Assembly: GCA_963669175.1 (NCBI GenBank)
Contig: OY769902.1
Location: 4,640,001-4,704,000 of the forward strand
Direction: 5' to 3'
DNA from: a bacterium
GTDB lineage: Bacteria; Electryoneota; Electryoneia; Electryoneales; Electryoneaceae
DNA length: 64,000 bases
Below the pieces are notes generated by a model. The model saw nothing but the letters and a program-made list of their open reading frames with translations. It had not been told where the DNA came from and did not search any database. Position numbers and translations under genes: made by a program. The stretch's first letter is position 1, and each line of letters begins with the position of its first letter. Positions 1 to 9,974 of the stretch are shown piece by piece.

Positions 1-400
1 AGGCTCGCAGACATTCTGGCGGACTGATCCACCCCGCCTTGTGAAAACTTTCGCCAACCTAAAAAGGCTCTCGCCACCACTCCTGCCAGCAACTGTATCA
101 TCACGGAGTCATGTTTCATAATATTTTGAAATTTGGTTTCACAATGGGCTCCTCGGGCCCATTTTGCCTATCCCCCTAGTATTGCATGCCCTATACCCGT
201 GTGTTAGAATTCAGTGAGATAACCGGACTTATCTGCTTTGCTGGATAGTAGACTTGCAGATAGACAATGGATAAGAGTATAATTTCGGTCTTGTTATGTG
301 AAAAGTTTCGCGATAACTTTGTTGTATTCAAAGGAAAAATGCCCTTATTTACAAGAAAAGACATGGGTGAATTTTGAAACATCAATTCGGGAGATTGGGT

Positions 401-1777
401 ATGCATGCCTATCGGTCGGTAACGATTTTATCGGCGATCATGGCGCTGTTTGCCTTGGGGTATTTCATCGGGTGTTCGGAGGAGGATGACAATCCGACTG
501 ACGTAGACCCGACCGATACCACCGGGTATCACGCGCTCAGTGAGGCGTCCTGCGCAGGGTGCCACACGAACGAAGCCATGTTGAAGGCAACGGTCGAAGA
601 GGACAGCGATGACACGCCGCCCTCTTCGGGCGAGGGCTGAGGCGGCAGTGTACCCGAGCTGGAAGCTTGGGAAAAAGTATTTATCGGTGATGATGGCGGT
701 GAAATGTTCCTGGCAGATGTACATGGCGCCCAGGGATGTGTTGCCTGCCACAGCGGGCAGGATGGTGAGCTGACCAAGGCGGACGCCCATGAAGGCATGG
801 TGAAGGATCCTTCGGTGGCGTACGAGGAAACCTGCGGCGCGTGTCATCCGGGAATAGCCTCGAACTTTGCCACCAGTTTGCATAGTTCTTTTCACGGCTA
901 CGAAACCCTGTTTGAGGCTCGTTCCGGCATCTCTTTCGAATCCCATCCGGAAATCGAAGAAGAGTTCGCCAATGAGTGCGGAGCGTGTCATACAACATGT
1001 GGTGAATGTCATGTAAGCCGTCCGCGTAGTGTAGAAGGCGGCCTGGTGCAGGGGCACCGGTTCATGCCGGTTCCGAGCCAGACGAATCAGTGTACCGCAT
1101 GCCATGGATCACGTGTCGGTGAGGAATACCTGGGCCAGCGTGATGGGTATGCCGCGGATGCACACTATGTCCCCATGGGCAAGAACTGCATGTTCTGCCA
1201 TGACGGACATGAGATGCACGGCACCGGGACAGAAGTTGGCACTCGTTACGAGCAGGCCAATATGCCGCGTTGTGAGGACTGCCATAGCGGTGTTGAGACT
1301 ACCAACGACTACCACACTCAGCACTGGGGCCAGTTGCAGTGCCAGGTATGTCACAGCCAGGACTACAAGAATTGTAACAAGTGTCATGTGGGCGGCACCG
1401 GCGTGCGTGAACCTTCATACATCACTTTCAAGATCGGCAAGAACCCGATTCCGGATGAACGTGAATATGAATATGTCGTGTTGCGTCATATCCCGATCGC
1501 TGAAGACACCTACGAGCCCTGGGGCATAACTGATCTGCCGGATTTCGCGGTGTTGCCGAACTGGAAATATGCCAGCCCGCATAATATCAGGCGCTGGACA
1601 GCACGCACTGACACTAGTGATGGCCTCGGCTGCGCATATGTGTGTCACAATTCAGCGGAAACAGATTCAACGGCCAACTGGTTCCTGCGCCAGGCAGACA
1701 TTGATACTCTGACTGCCGCTGAGCAGGAAGCGAACAGCCCGTATATCGTTCCCGACGGCCCGCCGCCGTGGAATTGA
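401..1777 (+). CDS. Selenocysteine-containing multiheme cytochrome c lipoprotein (458 aa, Sec80; 10 CxxCH + 1 CxxxCH)
   Basis: ORFs 374..640 and 704..1777 are in the same frame, separated only by TGA 638-640. The read-through gives SSGEG-U-GGSVPELEAWEKVF with no further stop. ATG 401 follows GGAGA. Lipobox ...LGYFIG|C. Heme motifs CAGCH, CVACH, CGACH x2, CGECH, CTACH, CMFCH, CEDCH, CQVCH, CNKCH and CAYVCH. SECIS-like hairpin 12 nt after the TGA. Confidence 0.85.
653..671 (+). promoter_or_regulatory. Bacterial SECIS-like hairpin of the multiheme cytochrome
   Basis: CCCGAGC-UGGAA-GCUUGGG, a 7-bp stem starting 12 nt after UGA 638-640. Same geometry as the selD hairpin. Confidence 0.75.
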
Positions 1778-1993
1778 TTTACATGATTCACGATTCGTTA
1801 TGCGGGACAGGCCGCTGGAAGAACTGTCCCGCTTTCATGTAAAGGATGGAATTTCACCTGCAACATTCTTGCGGGGTGAGCATCCAAAGCAGTATGTGTC
1901 AGCGAAATCTGACACAATTTGCACAGAGAAAAACGGGAATACCCATACAAACAAGACCGCCGAAAGGGGCGGTCCAACGAGAGGAAAGTGGAC

Positions 1994-2989
1994 ATGAAGC
2001 TATTGAAGTCGCTTACTTGGCTGATGGTAATGTTACTGGCCATCGGGATGGTAGGCTGTTCGGACGATGATGATGATGATGGTAACCCAACAGGCCCGAC
2101 CACGAAGGATTTTTACACCGACCTGTTTGATGCAGGAAACACCTACTACACAGGTGGCACCAAGAACATCCTGGCGGACTCGGTATTTGCGCACATGAAT
2201 GCCGGTGTGGACATGTTTATCATTGACTATCGTACCGCAGGTGATTTCTCCACACTCGGTCACATTGACGGCGCCGTAAACTGGTCCATTGCTGATCTGA
2301 CAGAAAACCTGTCCCAGATCCCGGCAGACGCTGAAATTGTCAATGTCTGCTATACCGGCCAAACCGCTTCCCAGGCGACAGCAGTATTGCGTTTACTGGG
2401 TTACAATGCCTACAACCTGAAGTTTGGAATGTGCGGCTGGACGGCTGATGAAACCATCAACCTTGGCAAATGGACTACAGGTCTGACGCCGGGTGGCCAG
2501 ACATTGGTTACTGAAGCCACAACCCCTACTGCGACGTATGATGTCCCGATGATCGAAGAAGATGAAGACATGACTGTCGATGAAATCCTTCTTGATCGTC
2601 TCGCTGCTTATGTGGATGTCGCCTCTACACATAATATCAGTGCAGCATCCCTGTACGAAAACCTGAATGATGGTGACACCTCCAACGATCCGTTCATCAT
2701 CAACTACTGGTCAGAAGCCATGTATGACATGGGTCATATCCCCGGCGCTGTCCAGGGTAGCCCGATTACCACGGAGCTTCTGTCTCATATCGAAGATGGC
2801 CAGCAGGTTGTTGTCTATTGCCACACCGGTATGACTTCCAGCCAGTTAATCGTATGGCTGAACGTCCTGGGCTACGATGCTTACAGTATGCTGTTCGGCA
2901 TGAATGCGATCGATCAGGATTCTTTCGGCGATGACCTGACAACCTACCATGCACCGAGCAGTAATTTCCCGGTCGTGACCGGTAACTAA
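1994..2989 (+). CDS. Tandem rhodanese-domain lipoprotein (sulfur/selenium transferase)
   Basis: Lipobox MVG|C followed by an Asp-rich linker. Two rhodanese domains (GHIDGAVN...VCYTGQTAS and GHIPGAV...YCHTGMTSS), both keeping the active-site Cys. ATG 1994 follows GAGGA. Confidence 0.9.
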   Translation: MKLLKSLTWLMVMLLAIGMVGCSDDDDDDGNPTGPTTKDFYTDLFDAGNTYYTGGTKNILADSVFAHMNAGVDMFIIDYRTAGDFSTLGHIDGAVNWSIADLTENLSQIPADAEIVNVCYTGQTASQATAVLRLLGYNAYNLKFGMCGWTADETINLGKWTTGLTPGGQTLVTEATTPTATYDVPMIEEDEDMTVDEILLDRLAAYVDVASTHNISAASLYENLNDGDTSNDPFIINYWSEAMYDMGHIPGAVQGSPITTELLSHIEDGQQVVVYCHTGMTSSQLIVWLNVLGYDAYSMLFGMNAIDQDSFGDDLTTYHAPSSNFPVVTGN

Positions 2990-3031
2990 GCTGGTTCGAC
3001 ATCCCGTGTTATCGGGATCGACTTTATTTGA

Positions 3032-3073
3032 ACAGGACCACGAGCTGACAGGCTTGTGGTCTTGTTTGTTTTT
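3032..3073 (+). terminator. Rho-independent terminator after the cytochrome-rhodanese pair
   Basis: ACAGGACCACGAGC/GCTTGTGGTCTTGT stem followed by a T-rich tail. Confidence 0.75.
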
Positions 3074-3076
3074 GGA

Positions 3077-3136
3077 GTTTGAAAGTTTAAAAGTTTGAAA
3101 GTTATAAAGTTATAAAGTTATAAAGTTGGAAAGTTA
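3077..3136. repeat. 8-nt-period microrepeat (AAAGTTAT-like)
   Basis: agtttgaaagtttaaaagtttgaaagttataaagttataaagttataaagttggaaagtt. Reverse-complement copies at about 28037-28074 and 31107-31152. Confidence 0.8.
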
Positions 3137-3262
3137 ACTATCTCTATTGGCCCCGCCGGCTTGAAAACGCCGTAGCTTGCGAAGGTGTTTGCCCGGCGGT
3201 GGTCTATTCTACTTCAAATTGAGCAGTCAGTCCTTCTGTTTTCATTCCATCTTGAGTATGGT

Positions 3263-3372
3263 CACAATCCCGACTTTGCCTATCAGATTCTGACGTGCGG
3301 AATGCACTTTTCTCTATTCATCAAATGTGACAATGACATCAACATCATCACAGGGCAAAATCGGGCCACCCG
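3263..3372 (+). repeat. Long-hairpin element family B (CAATCCCGA...TCGGGCCACCC), solo arm
   Basis: caatcccgactttgcc...ggcaaaatcgggccaccc, homologous to 17244-17347 and to 62782-62886 (minus strand). Confidence 0.85.
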
Positions 3373-3621
3373 GGTTCTCAGAAGTTGGAAAGTTGCGAGG
3401 TTATCCTTTCCCATTTTCCCCAGATCACAAATAGCAAATAGACATGAGACGATCTGCCTGCTTGTTCCTGAGTGAGGGTCGTTCACAGACTACGCATTGA
3501 ACGAACCCACACGAACACGTACATTATCAGGTTACAGTGCGCTGACTAATTCAGCAGAAATCCATAGTTATTGACGGGCTTAGGGGGCATTCTCCGGATC
3601 CCGCCAGAAGAGAAAGACAGC

Positions 3622-4935
3622 ATGCCAACTCCCATGATTGCCATAGTGGGCCGTCCCAATGTGGGCAAGTCCACCCTGTTTAACCGTCTGCTGCAACGTA
3701 GGCAGGCGATCGAAGATGACCAGTCCGGCGTTACACGTGACCGGATCAGCTCGGATATGGACTGGAATGGTGTCCATTTCACGCTTGTGGATACCGGCGG
3801 ATTGTTGCCGCGCGGTGGTGAAGCGTTGGACAACCTGGTTTCCTCCGCTGCCGAAGCTGCCATTGCAGAAGCGGACAAGGTGGTTGTGGTAGTTGATGGC
3901 CAGGTTGGACCATCCGAGCTGGATGTCGATGTCGCACGTATGGTTTTGCGTTCAGGCATCCCCGCCATCCTTGCCGTGACCAAGATTGATACACCGCAAC
4001 ACGAGATCAACGCCTACGAGTATTACAGCCTGGGCCTGGGTGATCCGATGCCGGTCAGCGGCATGAGTGGCATGAACAGCGGTGACTTGCTGGATGAAGT
4101 GGTAAGTGGTTTCGAGAAAAATCCGGACAAGGAAGTTGACGAGAACGAGATCCAGCTCGCCCTGGTTGGACGTCCGAACGTAGGCAAGTCTTCCCTGTTG
4201 AACAAGTTGATCGGGAAAGATCAGCAGATCGTATATGACAAACCCGGCACCACGCGAGATGCGATTGACTTCACCATGAAATATATGGGCAAGACAATTC
4301 GCATGGTCGATACGGCTGGGTTGAAGCGATCCAAAGAGCTGCATAAAGAATCGCTGGAGTATTATACTGCATTACGAACTCTCCGTGCGATTGATCGTTG
4401 CGGCGTCGCCTGTGTGCTGATGGATGCCACAGCAGGGTTGACCCAGCACGATCGCCGTCTTTTCGATGATGTGCGCAATCGTGGCAAAGGCCTCATCCTC
4501 GCTGTCAACAAATGGGACCTGGTAGAAAAGGATCACAAAACGGCGATTGAGTTTGAGAAGGAGATCCGTCTCCAGTTGCCCGACCTGTCATTCGTGCCGA
4601 TGGTATTCATATCCGCCAAGACCGGACAGCGCGCCCGTAAGGTGCTGGACATGGCGCTGGCAGTGCATGAACAGCGTATCAAGCGGATATCGACAGCACG
4701 TTTGAACGAGTTCGCAGAGAAAATTTTCGAACAGAAACCGCCGCCCGCGGTCAAGGGGAAGTGGTTGAAAGTGAAATACGTCAGCCAGGTACGTACTGCG
4801 CCGCCGTTGTTCGCGTTTTTTATGAACTATCCCAAGCTGATGCCGGACCATTACAAACGGTTCCTGGAACGTCGTATTCGAGAAGATTTTGGCTTTGAAG
4901 GTGTACCCTTAAAGATCGTATTCCGTCAGAAATGA
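3622..4935 (+). CDS. der: Ribosome biogenesis GTPase Der (EngA)
   Basis: Two G-domains (GRPNVGKS twice, DTGG/DTAG, NKWD) and a C-terminal KH-like domain. Confidence 0.97.
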   Translation: MPTPMIAIVGRPNVGKSTLFNRLLQRRQAIEDDQSGVTRDRISSDMDWNGVHFTLVDTGGLLPRGGEALDNLVSSAAEAAIAEADKVVVVVDGQVGPSELDVDVARMVLRSGIPAILAVTKIDTPQHEINAYEYYSLGLGDPMPVSGMSGMNSGDLLDEVVSGFEKNPDKEVDENEIQLALVGRPNVGKSSLLNKLIGKDQQIVYDKPGTTRDAIDFTMKYMGKTIRMVDTAGLKRSKELHKESLEYYTALRTLRAIDRCGVACVLMDATAGLTQHDRRLFDDVRNRGKGLILAVNKWDLVEKDHKTAIEFEKEIRLQLPDLSFVPMVFISAKTGQRARKVLDMALAVHEQRIKRISTARLNEFAEKIFEQKPPPAVKGKWLKVKYVSQVRTAPPLFAFFMNYPKLMPDHYKRFLERRIREDFGFEGVPLKIVFRQK

Positions 4936-7379
4936 CCAAACCTCAAACATACCTGCGTGTTGCCACCATACAGCCCGCAGATAAAGTTTTGACCTATCTC
5001 CCCGGTCCATTGGCCGGGGATGCTGCGCCTGTGGGCAAACGTGTGATGGTTCCCATTGGGAAGCGTACCGTGGCAGGTGTCGTTGTCGAGATTACCTCGG
5101 AGCAGCCACCGGGAACCGCTCGTCCCATTGAGGATGTGTTGGACAACCAGCCAATCCTCACCGAAGACATCCTGGCCCTGAGCAAATGGGTCGCGCAATA
5201 CTACCTCTGCGGCTGGGTGGAAGCGATTCGCGCCGCGCTACCGGCCGGTTTACTTCGCAATCCACGCCTGCTAATCGCCTGGACCGGCCCCGATCTGGAA
5301 ATGGGCTGGCCACCGGAAGTGCGTGAACATGCCACACTAGCACGGGTTGCACGCACAGTCCTGAGCGCAGGCCAGATTTCAGCGACAAGCCTTGCCAATC
5401 GGATTCGTATGCCCGGCCTGTTCGGTTATCTCCACCAGTTGGAAGACCATAACCTGCTGCGCATCACAGAACAAGCCGGTCTGAATGCTCAAACCGCTTT
5501 CACCGAAGAACTGGTAAAAGCAACCGTTCCACATGATCAGGCTGAGATTCCCGCGAAAGCAACCGCACGACAACGTCTTTGGGATACACTATGGGATAAG
5601 GGTGGACAGGCAACCTGGAAACAGCTTCGCGCCCAGGTTAATGCTGCTCGTCCCTTGTTGGATGCCTTGATCGAAGCTGACCTGGTCAAAACAGAACGAA
5701 TCACTTCACTGGCAACGGAAGGCGGATTTGATCCACGCGCAGCGGGACCATTACCGCCTCTCTCTGAAGATCAGGCAGAAGCGGTCAATGCTGTTATCCC
5801 TGTTCTGTCACAAGATCACTACCGTGGATTTCTGTTGACCGGACCGCCTGGTTGCGGAAAAACCCGGGTTTATGTGGAGCTGATCAAAAAGGCCGTCAGC
5901 CAGTCTAAAGGGGTTGTACTGCTGGTGCCGGAAATCGCTCTTACGCCCCAGGTAGTTGCACGTATCCATGCGGGATTGGATGTACCGGTTGCAGTGCTTC
6001 ATTCCGCGCTGACTCCGGCGCAGAGGGTGGCGGCATGGCGTGAAGTGCGGGAAGGACGCATCAAAGTAGTCGTAGGCGCACGTTCTGCTGTATTCGCCCC
6101 TGTGCAGAATCTCGGGCTGGTCGTAGTCGATGAAGAGCATGAGGAATCGTTCAAACAGGCCGATCCAGCGCCACGCTATCACGGACGTGATGTCGCCCTG
6201 ATGCGTGCTCGTTTAAATAACGCTGTCGCGGTTGTCGTCTCAGCCACCCCAAGCCTGGAAAGCCTGCGTTTGGCAGAAGAAGGCGGCTTGACCAGGCTTG
6301 TCTTGCGTGAACGCTTCGGCGCAGGTTGGCCGGAAATCAGTATTGTGGATCGCAGACGTGAGTCCGGCGACGCGCCGTTCATAGGGCCGGATTTGACACG
6401 CGAGCTGGAAGCCGCGCTGGAACGTGAAGAAGCGGTCATGCTGATGCTGACCCGGCGCGGGTTCGCCCCGGTACTGATCTGCAAGGATTGCGGTTATCGT
6501 GAAGAATGCGATCACTGCGCTGTGACCATGACCTATCATAACACTCGCGATGGTGCGTGGTTACGTTGTCATATGTGCGGGGCGAAGAAGAATGTACCGG
6601 AACAATGCCCCAAGTGCGGGTCGGCGGAACTGATCCCGGCCGGGGCCGGCACACAACGCATTGAAGAAGAAATTGCACGTCGTTTTCCTGCGCTTGCGCC
6701 CATACGGATGGACAGCGACACGACACGAAAAAGCGGGATGCATGAAGAATTATTGCGTCGCTTTTCCGGGGATGAATCCGCCCTCCTGATCGGCACACAA
6801 ATGGTCGCCAAGGGGCATGACTTCCCCAATGTCACCCTGGTTGGTATCGTAAACGCCGATCCTTCGCTGTACCTGCCGGATTTTCGAGCCTCCGAACGCA
6901 CCTTCCGTCTGCTGGTTCAGGCTGCCGGGCGCGCCGGACGTGGCGATAAACCGGGTAAAGTTGTGGTGCAATCGTTGACACCTGATCATGAGGTGCTGCG
7001 TTCACTGCATAAACCGAACATCGACGAATTCCTGAAGCAGGAACTGGAACGCAGACGAGCTTTTGACTATCCCCCGTTTGCGCGCATGGTTTTGCTCACG
7101 GTCGCAGCAGAAGATCATGACAAAGCGGCAGATGTCGCTTTTACAGCAGCGAAGAAACTTCGTGCTATCGGAAAACCTCTGCTTATCATGGGACCATCCT
7201 CGGCGCTGGTGGTAAAGGTGAAGCGTCAATACCGCTGGCGGGTGCTGGTGCGTACCCGGCGTGAAGATGACCCCTCCGGACGCATCCTCCGCAATGCTGT
7301 ACGGCGCGTCCATGAAGAGATCAAAATCCCGAACAAGGTATCCTGGCTTGTCGATGTCGATCCGCTGGAGGTGGCATGA
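4932..7379 (+). CDS. priA: Primosomal protein N' (replication restart helicase)
   Basis: GPPGCGKT, LVPEIALTPQ, DEEHE, Cys-rich zinc region, GTQMVAKGHDFP, QAAGRAGR. Confidence 0.97.
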   Translation: MTKPQTYLRVATIQPADKVLTYLPGPLAGDAAPVGKRVMVPIGKRTVAGVVVEITSEQPPGTARPIEDVLDNQPILTEDILALSKWVAQYYLCGWVEAIRAALPAGLLRNPRLLIAWTGPDLEMGWPPEVREHATLARVARTVLSAGQISATSLANRIRMPGLFGYLHQLEDHNLLRITEQAGLNAQTAFTEELVKATVPHDQAEIPAKATARQRLWDTLWDKGGQATWKQLRAQVNAARPLLDALIEADLVKTERITSLATEGGFDPRAAGPLPPLSEDQAEAVNAVIPVLSQDHYRGFLLTGPPGCGKTRVYVELIKKAVSQSKGVVLLVPEIALTPQVVARIHAGLDVPVAVLHSALTPAQRVAAWREVREGRIKVVVGARSAVFAPVQNLGLVVVDEEHEESFKQADPAPRYHGRDVALMRARLNNAVAVVVSATPSLESLRLAEEGGLTRLVLRERFGAGWPEISIVDRRRESGDAPFIGPDLTRELEAALEREEAVMLMLTRRGFAPVLICKDCGYREECDHCAVTMTYHNTRDGAWLRCHMCGAKKNVPEQCPKCGSAELIPAGAGTQRIEEEIARRFPALAPIRMDSDTTRKSGMHEELLRRFSGDESALLIGTQMVAKGHDFPNVTLVGIVNADPSLYLPDFRASERTFRLLVQAAGRAGRGDKPGKVVVQSLTPDHEVLRSLHKPNIDEFLKQELERRRAFDYPPFARMVLLTVAAEDHDKAADVAFTAAKKLRAIGKPLLIMGPSSALVVKVKRQYRWRVLVRTRREDDPSGRILRNAVRRVHEEIKIPNKVSWLVDVDPLEVA

Positions 7380-7469
7380 TGAGAAGTCACCGCTACACCA
7401 AGTATCGGGAAGCAGACCGGCAAGGACATACTGAAGCCGTATCATTCTCGGCAATGCTTGCGCAGCATT

Positions 7470-7692
7470 CATTCCCACGAAGAGCCTGTCCCCGAAAGCA
7501 GTGGTCGGGGATGGGAACCGAAGCTTGCGGTGTCCCCTCTTTTGGGGATAGCCGTGCATCCAGTCATGTTGCAATATTGCATCAAGTTTGGCATTTGTTG
7601 CAGGGCGCGGCACATAGTAATCCATTCTGGAAATTACCTTCTTATCATGTCGATACTTGCCTGGATCCCCATCTTCATGGGGATGAAAGTGT
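7470..7692 (-). repeat. Palindromic element family A, diverged copy
   Basis: Reverse complement reads cactttcatCCCCATgaagATGGGGatccaggcaagtatcgaca...aatattgcaacatgactggat, matching the ends of 9717-9873. Confidence 0.8.
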
Positions 7693-7729
7693 CGTGAGTT
7701 CTGCTTCAGCGTGGAAGGCGGGGATCTCG

Positions 7730-8743
7730 ATGTTTTCATCGTTGTTACTGGTAGTTCTCCTCTTCTGCTTCGCTATTACCCCCGCCTGGGGCGCATTTGT
7801 AACGGGAAAAAGCATGCCGCCGGGGGATTGGAACGAACTCCGTGACGGCGAGTTCAATATTTACTATGAAGGACCGGACCAGAAATACGCGGAACTTCTG
7901 GCCGGATGGTACAGCGAACAACTGGCTGATTTTGCTGCGAAACTTGGGGTTCGGACACCACGGAATGTCCGTGTCTTTATTGCACCGAATGAGGCGCGGT
8001 TCCGTTATCTGACACGTGGTTTGCCGGAATGGACCGGGGGCGCGGTGTATCCGCGAGAACGTGTCGTTGTACTGTTGTCACCTGATGCGAAGTACGGCAT
8101 CAACCAGTTCAAGGCGGTTGCGCTGCATGAAGGCGTACACCTGCTGACCGAGTTGGACGGTAATTCTCATCTACCCAAATGGATGGCCGAAGGGCTGGCG
8201 GTGTATATGAGCGGAGAGACCATTTTCCGACGTCCGTCCAAACTGGCGCGTGCTGTTGTCTTTGATAAAACGCTGACCCTGGAGCAAATCGAAGGGGTTC
8301 TGTTGCTTGGGCCGGAAGATGCACGGCTCGCGTACCTCGAATCGGTCAGTTTTGTTGAATACCTTGTCAACGAATACGGATGGCCTGCCATTGCACAACT
8401 TGTGAAAGGTTTTCGATCTGGAAAGGATGCGGAGACCCTGTTTCATGAGGTAACCGGAAGAGACTATTTTACTGTTGAAGCGGCTTGGCATGCCAAGCTG
8501 CGTTCAAAGTACAAATGGTGGGGTATTGCCTACTGGATTGACTTTGACAGCCTGCTCTGGATTGGCGCCGCTCTCCTGGTGGCGGTTACCGGGATTGTGA
8601 CCATTGTCCGGCGCAGGATGTATTATCGATCTGACCCCCGTTCCCCGGATGAATGGACCGTTTATGACTATTCCGGAGACAGCACGGGTGATGATCCCTG
8701 GACCTATACGGTAGACGATGAGGATGACGATGACCGGTACTAA
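7730..8743 (+). CDS. Peptidase MA-family zinc metallohydrolase (signal peptide, C-terminal TM)
   Basis: HEGVH (HExxH) and PKWMAEGLA motifs. Hydrophobic N-terminus from ATG 7730. Confidence 0.8.
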   Translation: MFSSLLLVVLLFCFAITPAWGAFVTGKSMPPGDWNELRDGEFNIYYEGPDQKYAELLAGWYSEQLADFAAKLGVRTPRNVRVFIAPNEARFRYLTRGLPEWTGGAVYPRERVVVLLSPDAKYGINQFKAVALHEGVHLLTELDGNSHLPKWMAEGLAVYMSGETIFRRPSKLARAVVFDKTLTLEQIEGVLLLGPEDARLAYLESVSFVEYLVNEYGWPAIAQLVKGFRSGKDAETLFHEVTGRDYFTVEAAWHAKLRSKYKWWGIAYWIDFDSLLWIGAALLVAVTGIVTIVRRRMYYRSDPRSPDEWTVYDYSGDSTGDDPWTYTVDDEDDDDRY

Positions 8744-9653
8744 GCGAATTGCCATTGCCGCTGCCCTGTTCCTGTTGGCAGCCTTTTCCACCGTGCAGGC
8801 AGATGGCGTGTATGATCTGCTGCGTAATGATGTGAGCCCACGTGGCGCCGCCCTGGGCGGCTTCCCTGTTGCCATCGCCGATGGGCAGGTAACAGCCGCG
8901 TTTCAGAACCCGGGCGCATTGACCACAGCAACCCGTCAGGCCACAGCAGCCTACGCCGATCACCCCCTCGACCTTTCAGCCGGAATGGGTTTTTATGGCC
9001 AGCCTTTCTATAAGGGCTATGCTGCGGTTGGCATGACCTATTTTAATTACGGCGAGTTTGATCAGTATACTTCGGTCAGTTCACCGGCTTCCGGCACGTT
9101 CAGCGCGTCCGACATGGTCCTGTCACTCAGCTATGCGCAACCGATCTGGCGCGGCTTGTCCGGTGGCGTGACTGCGAAGTATATCCGTGGCGAAATCAGC
9201 GATTATACTTCCAGCGGCGCGGCCATGGACCTCGGGCTTTATTATGATCCCAACTGGGATGGCGTAACGATTGGCGCAACTGTACAGAATATCGGCGCAC
9301 AACTGGAAGCATACAACGATACCAAAGAAGACCTTCCCCTGATCGCACGTTTCGGCGTGTCCAACAAGCTGGAACACCTGCCCCTCCGCATTACCGCAAC
9401 AGCACATTATGAACAGAACGAGGACATCTTCTTCACCGGCGCCGGTGAATTCACGGTGTCCGAACTGCTGCAACTTCGTGCCGGATACACCACTCTCGGC
9501 TCAGACTACCGTAATGGCGGCTCCGATGACAGCCTTGCCGGGCTAAGCGCCGGACTGGGCCTGACCTGGCGTGGCTACGGTTTCGACTATGCTTTCCTGT
9601 CACAGGGCGCATTGGGACAGGTACATCGGTTTGGAGTGAGGGCGGTGTTTTAG
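8718..9653 (+). CDS. PorV/PorQ-family outer-membrane beta-barrel
   Basis: Signal peptide, SPRGAALGG...NPGAL motif, beta-strand pattern, C-terminal Phe. Start may be 8724 or 8730. Confidence 0.85.
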   Translation: MRMTMTGTKRIAIAAALFLLAAFSTVQADGVYDLLRNDVSPRGAALGGFPVAIADGQVTAAFQNPGALTTATRQATAAYADHPLDLSAGMGFYGQPFYKGYAAVGMTYFNYGEFDQYTSVSSPASGTFSASDMVLSLSYAQPIWRGLSGGVTAKYIRGEISDYTSSGAAMDLGLYYDPNWDGVTIGATVQNIGAQLEAYNDTKEDLPLIARFGVSNKLEHLPLRITATAHYEQNEDIFFTGAGEFTVSELLQLRAGYTTLGSDYRNGGSDDSLAGLSAGLGLTWRGYGFDYAFLSQGALGQVHRFGVRAVF

Positions 9654-9716
9654 AACATGTATTACCCAAATATTTGCCTGGTGTGACAAGTACTTGTGTT
9701 GAAATAAAAATCAACA

Positions 9717-9873
9717 ACACTCTCATCCCTGCGAAGGCAGGGATCCAGGCAAGTATCGACATTACTAGAAGTTGGATTCTCGTTTTACTAATAATGTACA
9801 ACGCCTTGCGAGAGTTTTACACCTTTCATAATATTGCAGTATGACTGGATCCCAGCCTTCGTTGGGATGAGAG
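9717..9873 (+). repeat. Family A element, left direct repeat of the GIY-YIG gene (157 bp)
   Basis: Three mismatches to 10378-10534. Terminal hairpins CCCTGC-GAAG-GCAGGG and its inverted partner. Confidence 0.95.
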
Positions 9874-9974
9874 CTTCACTGATTCTGATACAAGCTGCTA
9901 TATTGCGATGAAAGTGGCAAAGTCTTGTCAATTCTGATAACTCGTGAATTCATTGTCTATTTAGAGGATCTTAC

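Noticed and set aside
374-640. Separate 88-aa monoheme protein plus a 357-aa cytochrome, or a nonsense pseudogene
   Set aside because: The in-frame TGA, SECIS-like hairpin, missing signal peptide on the second part and presence of selD favour one recoded gene.
3185-3486. Similar short ORFs ending IITGQNRATR (also 17113-17532 and 62636-62875)
   Set aside because: The similarity comes from family B DNA repeats. Starts and lengths are inconsistent.
7376-7729. 118-aa N-terminal extension of the peptidase, overlapping the priA stop
   Set aside because: It runs through a family A repeat, and a normal signal peptide begins at ATG 7730. The open frame is probably chance.
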